Assembly: GCA_905178155.1 (NCBI GenBank)
Contig: CAJINV010000010.1
Span: 1,502,094 to 1,566,093, forward strand
DNA length: 64,000 bases
From: Amoebophrya sp. A120
Taxonomy: Eukaryota > Protista > Dinoflagellata
Direction: 5' to 3'
Shown here: piece after piece, positions 23,262-34,400 of the stretch
Layout: the number at the start of each line of letters is the position of its first letter
Numbering within the stretch: the first letter of the stretch is position 1
Made by a program: the position numbers and the translations under genes
Notes under the pieces: model-generated
The model's database searches: none
What the model was told of the DNA's origin: nothing
What the model saw: the letters and a program-made list of their open reading frames with translations, nothing else

Positions 23262-24469
23262 AACGACTGAAGCTGGCGCGAAGCCGAAGTCATCGACATA
23301 CGTATATCAGGAACATTTTACCACCCAGAAAGCCGGGACCGAGTCTCGGTCTTTCTTCCATCTGTACATGAAGACCCACGCAATGTAGATGTCGCCCACC
23401 ACCACGACCACTCACTGAAGAAGCTATATGTAGCTGTTGCAATTTTATATCAGAATGTTGGACCTGGAACTGCTAGTGCTAGAGTACGAATAGCTCCACA
23501 CTTTTTATTTCGTCAACCTCATTCACAAGCCTTCAGCTTCATCAACCATCATTCCCATCATCTTTTTTTTGCTCTAAATACGCAACTTGAAAAATAATAA
23601 GGAGCTCAGTCTTGATATATACCATGCGCAATAATACCACAGATGGCCTTCGGGTCTACAATTTTTTTTATATCGAGGCGCCATGGACGTTCCGATTACG
23701 TACCCATTTAGGGCACAGCTAGCTACATAGCAAGTAGGTAGAACATCTGCTAGTCCTAGTACAGCCACGAAAACGAAAAACGACAAAACCATTATTAGAA
23801 AAATCAGCGATGTACGAAAAACTAAAACTCCGCGTGTCTTTCTTCAATCCGTAAGCGAAACTGTGGGGTGGACACGTTGACGGGAACGAGCTCGCTCTGG
23901 TTTCTTTCCTGTCAATCCACGTCACTTTTTTTGCGGGGCATGTGGATAAGGAAGTTAAGGAACGAATGAGTTTCGCTGCACTCCTTGTTGGGACAAACTA
24001 GACTACACGGCTTCGTGCTAATATTATGCCTTCAGTTTCTCCTGGTACGTAAGGTGTAACTGGAGTAACTCTTTTGAAACTAGCAAATTGCGACGAGCGG
24101 GGGCATAGGAGGTGAACACGGACGACGAGCGAGGAAAAATGTGAGAGAGAAAAAGGGTCGGCATATCTGTAGCACAGATATGATCGTCACAGGCGACCGC
24201 ATCAGTGAGCCATTTTGAGAGCATGTCAGAACGGCAAAATCGATCAATTTTCTTCTCCCTGAATGAGTTGATGTTGTAGTGATGAATTTTGTTTTGCCAG
24301 CAACCTCAGAGAGAAATAAAGTAGGTTTTTTCTTGAGCGGCCAGCCTTCCGACATTTTTCTGGAACTTTGGAAACTGAAACAAGATTCATTTGTGCAGAC
24401 AACGAGACCACGACACGGGGTTCAAGCCGTACTCCGCGGCTATTGCTTTTGTTAGACGTACCTAGGCCA

Positions 24470-27357
24470 GATCCAGAAGCAGAATCCTATACGCGCTCCT
24501 TGTCCTGACCTGGTGCAAGATCTGCTGTTCCTGTTCAACACGAAAAGATTAGAGGTGGACCGCGACAAGAAGATGATTCTCACCGTTTTTCAGGTCGGCT
24601 TCATCGTCTGGTCGTCCTTCTTCTCCGCATGCGTATCGCCAGAAAAAAAAACCATCCACATGCACATCCAAGTTGTCATGCGAAAGCCGCAAGATTCCCT
24701 GTATTTGTCATGCAAAAAATGGATGATATTCATGCGATGGATTTTTTTCTCATACATAATGCGTCTCCCAGTTCTACTCGCCGGCCACCCTTCCCGGCCG
24801 CCATCTGCAGAAGTTCCTGACTGAAATCATGTTGCAGTGCGGCGGGCTATCCTGTGCAAAAGTATCGCACTCGTATTCTTGGAGTCATGCATTACAAACC
24901 TCTTTACTAAGGTAAGTCCGCATTACAAATTTCATTTCTCATGCTGAGGAAATTTGTAATGCATTTATACGAGTGCGATACTTTTGGAATCCATACGGGC
25001 CAATCGAAAACGACTTTCGCCGGGAGTTTTCTCCCCCGCACCCGGGCTGTTCCTTCGCGGTGTTGTGCGCCAAGGGGGATCTGTTCATCGTGTTTATTAT
25101 CAACTGCAAAAATGTCTGTGTCTGGAAGAATGCCAGACTTGTCATGCAGGTTTTCCATGACCCATGAGGTCTGGCATGTAGGACCTAGCATTGCAGATTC
25201 TGTGAGAGTGCCATCATGTCTATCCTACATGAGAAACTGCCTCCCGATTAGGTCAAAAGTGGACAGCTTTTGGTAATCATGCAACACAGATTTTTGCATG
25301 AGTCAGATTTAGCATGACAAGTTGCTTTGTTCCAGACCCAGACATATTTGCATTCGATATTCATGGTTTTAACCATGCCGGTGTTGTACGCGGTCCACTT
25401 CTGTTGCTTCCGGTGTCTGCGCTTCGTGAAACCCCGGGTTTCCACCGAATTGCAGCAGGCCTGGGAATACCAAATGCAAATATGTCTGGGTCTGGAAGGA
25501 TGCAACTTGTGATGCTGACCTTGGATTCTACAAAAATCTGTATTGCATGAACAGCAAAAGCGGTCCAGTTTTTGTCACGGCGAGAGAGCATTTCTCCTGC
25601 GGTATGGGAAACAGGAAGCCCTCACAAAATCTGCGATGCTAGGGCATGCATCACAGACATCAGAAGTCATGCAAAATGTGCATGACAGACCTCGCGTCAA
25701 TCTTCCAGACCCAGACATATTTGCATTTGATAGGGACCAAGCGAAATTGCAGTGGGAACGGCAGAGTGGAGGAACGTCTGTCACTTCTTCCGGGAACGCA
25801 AGTAGTCGGGCCAGAGCGGCAAGCGCATCCGCCGTGGTGACCTCCGCAGCGACTGCTGGAGCGGGCACTGGAGGGGGAGCGAGACTTGCGACTTCAGGCA
25901 CTGCTACGACAACATCAGCCGCAACAACGTCAACCGCCGGGCGGGGACAAAACGCAACAAGCAACACTTCCTCGTCATCTGTCAGCTACTACAACGGCCA
26001 ACTCTTCATTCCGCTGACCGGAGGAGGATCTTCAACCTCTTCTCCAAACGGCAGCACGTCTGCCACCAATAACAGACAACTCACGATTGAGATCGAGCCC
26101 AATACCGAGATCCGGGGCTGGAAAAACGAAATCAACAGGAAAATTGACGACTTGAAGCAGGAAGTCGCGAAGCTGACGCACCGAATGCTGTTGCAGCAAT
26201 CCGAGTAAGCAATGCAACAGCATCGTACTAGTATAGATTGCATTTAATGCAATCTTATGCTGAGGAAATTTGTAATACAAATTTCCTCAGCATAAGATGC
26301 GGATATAGCTTGAGAAGGAAATTTGTAATGCATGAGTGCGATCAACATTACTACGAGTACGATACTTTTGCACAGGATACCGAGGTGCTGTATGAGGAAA
26401 TCGAGGTGATGGCTGGGGGGCGGGATGGAGGTGCAGCTGCGGTTCTGGCGGACCAAGATAGCGAGTTTGTCGACGTTTCGGAGCGGACGCCCGCTTCTTC
26501 GCGGGAGGGCGAGATTGGAGCTGAGAGGGAACAACAAGGCGAAACAACTACTACACACGACGAAGATGCAATATTGGCCACTACCGCCAGTGGTGAAGTT
26601 ACAACTTCAAGACGAGAACATCAACATCATCTGCAGTCGCGTGTGGTCGGCGCTGAAGTGGGTACTAGTTCGCTGTCCCCGATGAACCTGGCCGACGAGG
26701 AGAATTACAACAACAATCCCTACACTATGGGATCGTCAAATGACGTCGCCTTCTCAATTGTTACATGAATTTGTGATGCAAAAGCACCATCAGCATCGAC
26801 GCGACCAATGACTACTTCGCATGACAAATCCTCGAAGGGGGCTTAAACAGCATGGAGATCTGTGGTGCCATCACATTTGTAATGCCAGAAATGCAACTGC
26901 AAGCTCCCCCCTTGCGCTTTTGCATCAGAAATTAATGTGGCAGTTGAGTTCGTAACGCTTGAGAATTCCATATACACCTTCCGGTGCGTCGCCTGCCTGT
27001 CCGACCGTCCCTGTGTGCTTTTCAAGGAGTGCCGACACCTGGCGCTGTGTGCGCATTGCGACGACCGGATGGAGGCAGAGCAGGATATGCCGTGTGAAAG
27101 AATTCGTACTGGTAGTATTAAAATTGCACGACAGTTGTATCAAGTATCATTCTTGTTTGGCATGAGTATGAGAAATCAAATTTGTCATGCTATCGTTGGC
27201 AGGCTGCGACCACAAGATCTATCGTGCATCTTGATTCATTGCAATTATTAGTACTGTAAGTACATCAGTAATTTAGCAATGCATACAGAATGATCCGAAC
27301 CAGAAATGCCCGCTGTGCCGGAAACAAGGAACAAGATTTCGGGTTTTTTACGGCTGA
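24470..27357 (+). CDS. Membrane-anchored C3HC4 RING (IAP/LOG2-type) E3 ligase-like protein with 7 introner introns; true start probably upstream (candidate ATG at 23810)
   Basis: Spliced product has hydrophobic segments (ILTVFQVGFIVWSSFF; LFIVFMVLTMPVLYAVHF), a short coiled coil and CVAC..PCVLFKECRHLALCAHC..KCPLCR; stop at 27355-27357. Confidence 0.75.
24634..24758. mobile_element. Introner-like intron
   Basis: TAT..AGAAAAAAA / TTTTTTTCT..ATA; DR ATGCG. Confidence 0.8.
24848..24995. mobile_element. Introner family D
   Basis: AAAAGTATCGCACTCGTA / TACGAGTGCGATACTTTT; DR CGGGC. Confidence 0.88.
25098..25359. mobile_element. Introner family A, inverted relative to 7194-7455
   Basis: Same 262-bp length, interior is the reverse complement of the 7194 copy; DR TTTAT/TTCAT. 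Confidence 0.88.
25468..25732. mobile_element. Introner family A
   Basis: TACCAAATGCAAATATGTCTGGGTCTGGAAG / CTTCCAGACCCAGACATATTTGCATTTGATA; DR GGGAA/GGGAC. Confidence 0.88.
26206..26379. mobile_element. Introner family D containing a 45-bp palindrome
   Basis: TAAGC..GCATCGTACT / AGTACGATACTTTTGCACAGGATA; DR CCGAG. Confidence 0.85.
26253..26297. repeat. Perfect palindrome, 22-bp arms, 1-nt spacer
   Basis: TCTTATGCTGAGGAAATTTGTA-A-TACAAATTTCCTCAGCATAAGA. Confidence 0.95.
26726..26972. mobile_element. Introner family B
   Basis: TATGG..CTCAATTGTTACAT / ATGTGGCAGTTGAG..CCATA; DR TACAC. Confidence 0.85.
27086..27285. mobile_element. Degenerate introner inside the RING finger
   Basis: TATGC...GCATA; DR CAGGA/CAGAA; removal joins the final CPLC pair. 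Confidence 0.75.
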
Positions 27358-28440
27358 TTTTGATCCGGGGGGTGCAACACGAGATCATGATGGAGCACGC
27401 TATTGTATCGATGACTGTGGCGTCTACAACGCGTCGAGCACAAGTGTTTACGTGACTTTGTCGTCGACAAGCTGTCCTCAGGGCCACGGTCTGACAACAG
27501 GAACAGAAACAAACGCTGATCATCTTCTGATGCAACAATAAAGGGACATCATAGACGGAAGAACCGAAAAATCCTCATGTTGCACACACAACTTTTTCAA
27601 TTGTCTACAATTATCGCATGACCGACAAAGGTATGGCCAAGATTCGTCGAACATGCTTGTTGCTTATGTTGATTTTTTCAGTATTTTTTCACTTTCATCA
27701 TGTAGTAAGAATGCACAGAGAACAAAACTATGATGAGCTAGGGCTAGTGTGGTCAAGAAGTTGCGTGATATACAGGCGTCAAGTCATCTAAAATACTCGA
27801 CCTCAACCGCCGTTCGATGTTGATTTCAACAGTCGTAAGTAGCGGAAGTAGCTGAGTTTTGCCATCGTCACGATGAAGACAGACTGCGTCCATTCGTCGT
27901 GGTGGTAGCTCCCTTGAGTGTGTGCCCGGAGCTGCGTACCAAAAACAAGTCGTGACACACTTGGAAGTCGTCTCGCATCGTCGGTCTTCATTCATTTTCG
28001 CGAAGCGTTAGATGTAGTGGCCTTATCTTTTGAAGCATGCAAATATCTACTTCCACCGACTGAAAACGCACTCGTCAAACCTCGAGCGTCGACGTTCCGT
28101 TCAAATATAGTCAAAGTTCGTGACTAGAGCGATTTGAGAGTCCTAAAAGCCCGACCAAAACGCAAATCGCTTCTCGTTGCAAATGGCCTGAACTACTTAA
28201 AGCAAGTGTGCACTTGCTTCATGGAAAAAGAACGGCACTTGTTCGGTTTTTTGTGTATCTTTGCCTGCTTTGTCGTATCTCTTTGTTTTCGCTCCTTCTG
28301 TTGCAAAATTAATGAGTTTTTTGTCGACGTCCTGGTGCATCAGCATCTACGAGTAGAACTAGAAAAATAACCCGTCACTAGATGACACTTTTCTTCCTTT
28401 TGTGAGCGCGGACGAAAAATTGTTTCGATTTTATCATAAA

Positions 28441-31400
28441 ATGAAGAAGGCAAAAGTTGCCGGCCCCACTAGTTCTTCTTCCACCTCCGGCCCTATCTCC
28501 GGTGGAAATAGCAAGAAGAAGGCCGCAACAGCGGGAGGCCGGACTGCTGGTGCACACAGAAACAAAGTGCACCACGCGGGGAATAAGCCGAAGCTGGCGC
28601 GCAACGCATCCCACGTCGACCAAGAAAACAGCTTCTCCGACATGGACATCGAGGACTACCTCGCGTCCCTGCAGGAACAGGAAAATGTCCGGAAGGCGAC
28701 ACTCGCGAGGGGAAAGCAGCTGCAGCAAGAGGAACAACACGACGCCAGAAAAGCGCGGCTGGACCAGCTTTCGCGGCCGGAGCCGAAATTCAAAATCGGG
28801 GACAGAGTGCAGGCGGTAAACTGCTTCGGCAGCGACGCGGCGCGCTCGTACAAGGCGAAGAAAACGGTGCGGTATGGTGTGGTGACGAAGTTGCACGAAT
28901 TGAAATTGGACAAGGACGAGAAAAAGTTTCTCCCTATCGTCTACGACATCGAGGAGGTGGTGGTGATTTGCCAATCAGCCGATGTTGAAAAGACTTCCTC
29001 GAAGACAGGAGGAAGCAAGAAGAGCATCGAGGGCAAGGAAAATGTAGTTGCATTTGCGAGCAGTGTTGAAGAAGTCAATACTGCGGGTGGATGCGGAAGT
29101 ACTACTACTACTAGCAAGAAGGGAAATATTAATATTGAAGCAGTACATGACTTAGACGCAGTCGAGAAGTACCTTGAGAGCCAAGAGCCCGTGCATGGAC
29201 CGAAGCCCGCGGTACTGCAGGCGAAGGAAATCGACGTTCAATTTGCCAAGAAAAATTTCGCCGGATTCCAGTCGGTGCAAGAGCTCTTGGTAGGTGGAGC
29301 AAGCGGGAACACTATGCCGAATCATCTGTCCGCCTCATCCGCATCTACGTCGAGTAGCAGCAGTAGCGGTGCAAACCAAAATCACGACGGCATCTTCAAC
29401 TCCTCTGGTTTCGGTGACCGGTCCTCTGGTGCACACCAACAAGAACCTCTGCCACAGATTGTCTCGATAGACGATGTCACCTGCGTCGCGGGTCTGCAGA
29501 AACTGCCGAAGGGGACGAGCTTGTGTGTGCCGTCGTCGTCGCGAACAAAAAGCGATGGTACAAGTAGCCCCAAATGGGTGCGGGCGACGACGGTACCGGC
29601 GTCGGAGCAGCCCTACCGCGGTTGGACGATGGTGACGGTTCCCGCTCGGCAGGAGAGCGACGGCACCTACTGTTACAGCGAGCAGCGCTACCTGCCCAAC
29701 CACTTTTCCTTCCCGAACGAGGCCTGGGGAAAGACGAAGCCGTTCGCATTTCCCCTGCACGCCTGGGTGCAGTTTGTAAAACCGGCGGACCGCAAGTTGA
29801 AAAACCCGGAGTGGGTGGTGGGCCGCGTCGAGGAGCACTGGTACGAGAACAAGTACCAGATGCTGGTCAAGGGTATCACTAGCACCTCTGTCGGTATGAA
29901 AGTATCATCTTCTAAATTTTTGGATCATGATCATCAGACATCAGAAACTGCTCCGGCCAGCGCCGTCTTTCGCGGAGATTTGAAGCTGGGGAACGAGCGC
30001 ATGTTCATCCGACCGACAAATCCGGCAAAGCACGTGGACACCAGTCGGTTTCTCGCTACGGACTTCGAGAAAGAAGCTGAAAGTACTGGTGGAACTCCTG
30101 CTCGTCCCGCCCAGAAAACCAACGCTTCTTCGTCCTCGTCGTCTTTGAGGACCAGCAACGAAGCTGCAGCTGCAGCCGACCCCACGATCATGCCAGAAAA
30201 AGCTGATGACGACGAGAACCTGGCTGTTGAAATTCCGATCGCGCGGCTCACCTTCGCACACGCGCGTCCGGATCAAATTCCGTACACGCGGGAGATCACG
30301 CAACCGCAGAAGTTGACCAGTTATTTCCTCGAGCTGGCGCACGACATCACGTACGGCGGGAAGCAGCAGAAATTTGGGAAGAACAAGACCATCGCGATTC
30401 CGGCTGGCGTGCAAACCGCGGTGAAGCAGTACTACGACGTCTTGACGAAGGGATCCGGTACAAGGTTTGCAGCCGATGAGGTGTCATCAGCCCCAACGCC
30501 AATCTTGAAGCAAAACCACGACAAGAACTTTAACGCAACTACAAGCAAATCGCTGATCACCATCGATTGCGGCACCATCAGGGAGCCCCGTTTACTGCCC
30601 ATCGAGGATCGCGAGCCCGCGCTCCCTTTGTTTCGCTTCGCCAACAACACGGACCTTCAGTTGCAGGCGTTGAGGCAGTCGTACTCCTCCGACGCGGCGC
30701 TGGCGAGCGCCGGTTTTTCGGAAAACGTCGTGCCGTTCCACGTGTTGCCGGATTTTTCTTTTGTTAGCAACGTCGGCCTGAGCTTCTCGGTCAAGCTGAA
30801 GGTCGACGAGAAAGTCCGCCAGGAAACACTGTCCATGCGCGGCGCGCAGGGTATCTTCAGCGTCATGCTGCACGACAGCTTCAGCGCCAAAGCCGCAGCG
30901 AAAATCACCCGGACGATCAAGTTGCTCCCGGACCCCGAGCGCCCGGCCTACACAACCGGAACTCGAATCGTCATGGGCGTGGCGGAGGACCTGAACCGGA
31001 AACCCAGCCAGAACTTGCTGAAGCAGTTGTACTTCCAGCAGCCCCAGAAGAGTGTGACTGGTTTAGGACTTCTTGGAGAACCACAGCAGGGGGGCGGCAC
31101 AAGAAGTAGAGCTCCTTTGAGTATTAAGAAGGACAGTTCTTTCTCCGACAGAACAAGCAATCTGTACGGGGAAAGTAGCGACGACGAGGAAGATGAGGAC
31201 GAGTCGCCGGCGTATGCTTACCACGGGGGCAAGAACACCTACACGACCAGTAGCCGGACTTACAACAATTTCAGCTCGAGTTCTTCCTCGTCTTCCAACA
31301 TCGCGCAATCGCCTAGTGCATCAACTTCCGCCGCCGGCTTCCAAATCCCGGACAACGGGCACGACGAGCCGGCGAAGCCGCCGAAGAAGTGGACGCAGGA

Positions 31401-34400
31401 GAAACGGCACCAGCTGCGCACCGAGCAGCGGAAGGCGCTGTCCTGGATGCTGGAGCGGGAAAACAACCCCACCGACGTGGTGATCTCGCAACGGAAAATC
31501 ACCTCGCCCATTTTGTCGGACGACGACTGGTTCCGGCGCCTGACCTGGAGCAAGTGGGCGATGGAGTTCGAGGCTAACTACTACTACAAGGTGAACGGGG
31601 GAATTCTGGCCGACAAGGTCGGCTTCGGCAAGACCGCCACGATGCTGTCCCTGATCGCCCGGCAGCAAGACGCGGAGCGGGGGAGGGGAGCTGCAGCCTC
31701 TAGTACAACTTCGGCGAACAAGAAGGAGATGATGGATCATATTCCGGAACACGATAAAGGAGCCTTTTTTCACGCGCCGAACACAACGTTGGTTTTGGTT
31801 CCGAGTCATCTCATCGACCAGTGGTCGCAGGATATGGAGAAAAAAATTATTGGTGTGGTCGAGGTGGAAGTGAAGTTTGTTATTGTTTCATGATAGTTTG
31901 TAAAAACATCATCATCAACTTCATCTCAATGAAAGATATTTTCGTGCTGCTTCTGCATGACTGAGTGAAGAGTGCACACGTCGAGCAGGCCTGTTCAGAC
32001 AGAAAAAACTTCACTTATGCTTCTTGACCCACAATCAAATTCGCTTCCATACCCGAAGTAGACAAGTTCGTTTCCGCTTACAACTGGAACGTTTTGGTGG
32101 TGAAGGACGTGCGGGGCCTGTCCTACAACACGGTGCGCGAAATCGCGGAGTACGATTTGATTCTTTGCAGCTACCACTGCCTCTACTCCGACACCTACGG
32201 GCGGCGCGTCGAAGACTTTCTCTCCGGGGACAAGAAGCACACCCCCGACAGCATCAAAAACCCCGAGCGGGGCTACAAGCCGAAACCCGCAGCGGCAAAC
32301 CGACCGTACAGCCTGCTGAAATTGAAAGCCGAAACCAAGAAATTCATCGCGGACTGGGATTCCGGGGACGATAGGAAATGTCAGAAGTACCTGCAATCTC
32401 GCTGGTTCCAGAACAGCGAGGGCTTGAGTGCCAAGCGGGCGAAGGAGTTTTGCGAGAACGTGACCGGGACCGGCGGTGGGGAACAACAACAAGCGGAAGG
32501 ACCCGAAGTTACAGTTTTAAGCGGGAACAAAAATCAAGCAAAGCAAAAGCAACAGGTGGTCTCGAGGAAAAGGTCCTCGTCGCACTTGGATCTGCTGTTT
32601 CCGGTTCTGGAACAATTTTACTTTCGCAGGGTAGTGTTCGACGAGTACCACGAAACGGAAGCGAAGCGCGGCAAGACGCAGGTGCTCATGTGGTTACGGG
32701 GCCGGTCCCGCTGGGGCATGACGGGGACCCCGAGTGTGGAGACGATCGAATCGGTGAAAACCACGGCTGGGCTCTTCAACGTCGACGTCCTGGCCAACGG
32801 GGCGCGGGGCGAGTGGCTCTCCGCGGACGGGCTCCAGGTCCCCGAACACGCGCCGGCGCACGTGCTGGAAGGCTACAGGGGGGCACAGCGGTCGTTGGCA
32901 GCCGGCGCCGTATCCGAAGCAAAGTCTTGAAGCAAAGAAGCGAAGTATAGAAGATGGATTTGCATGGAAATTTGTGATGTGTTTATTTGTGAACTACATG
33001 GGCCCAGAGGTTCCAGCTGTGCTTATTTCTGCTAACCTTCTTCAAGATCAAGATTTTGCTAGCATATTCTTGGAAGTCGCAGCAGGCCGCGAAGGCCCGG
33101 AATAACCCGAACAGGTGCTTCAAAGAGCCGTGCACCAGCTCCGTTCTGTGGTACAACTGCCAAAACTTCGTGAGTGAATGCATTCGGCAAAACGCAACGA
33201 ACTCCTGTGTCGATGAGATTGAAACGGTATTGTATATTTTTCTAATGTGCTGACGACGAAAACGAATGACGACGAAACAAGGAAAAAGTGCATGATTCAT
33301 AGGTAGAGTTCTTCTTGTTCTTCCGATCGGCTAAATTGGTATCATCTCTTCAATCCTTCACCCACATCAGCTTGCTAGTACCCCCCCCTAAGAAATAAAC
33401 GCAATACAGATCCACCACGACTATGCGGTACAGTTCACTCCGGCGGAACAAATTTTCTATCTGAACACCCTCTCCGAGACGGCTTCCAGCGGAATCGACG
33501 TTTCGAAGAAGGAACTTTCCGAGGGTGTGCTGCGCCAGTGCCGGACGCTACTGGAGCGGTGCTCGCACTTCGCTGCGGGGGAGCAGGGGTTGTCCAGTGG
33601 TGGTGCTGGGTCGCTTAATAATACCGCGGAGGAGGAGCTCGAGCGGAAATTGGAGGAGGCAGAAGACGCTGTAGAGTCGGCATTTGAAAATGCCACGCTG
33701 CTCGTCACCCAACTGGAGCTGTTGCGGCGCGTATTCGTGCTGTGCAGTGGAGAAGTAGGGGGACCAGGAGTTCTTGTTGGACAGGGCGACTACAACGAAA
33801 GCCAGATCAACAAGCCAACAAAACTGGCGGGACAGGCAGGAGGAGTTGTAGATGGAGCTACTACTACAAAAACAACACCGCTAATACGGTCGTCAGCCTC
33901 GTCATCTACGTCATTGCGCGGTGGAGGTACGACTACGAGTCATTTTCCCACCAGCACCGGTGGTACATTCGCACTGAAACTGAATAAAGCATCATCTTCT
34001 CCCTCTCGTCGTTCTTGCAAGGAGGATATCTCAACATCGTGGACGATCACCGGTCGGAGTTTCGGAGTGCAGACCGACGCAAATATGGATCCGGGCGACG
34101 AAGGATTAGCCGTTGATAAAGGAGGTGCTCCACCTTTGTCTACTTTGGTGGCCTCGGACAATGTGCAAAGAAGTACTTCCTCTCCGTCCCTTGCTGTCAG
34201 CAAATCACTGAAGATGAAGCGACAGAGCAAGGGCAACTTCGTCGTCAAGGGGGACAATTATATCAACGAGTCGGAGATGGCGAGCGAGAGTTTCGGCTTC
34301 CAGCCAGTGTCTCGTCGGAAGGCGGCGACTAAAAAGTTGTCAAAACTACTTGGACCTGCAGCGCCCTCGTCCTCCTCGGGATCCTCTGTCGCGGACGCGG

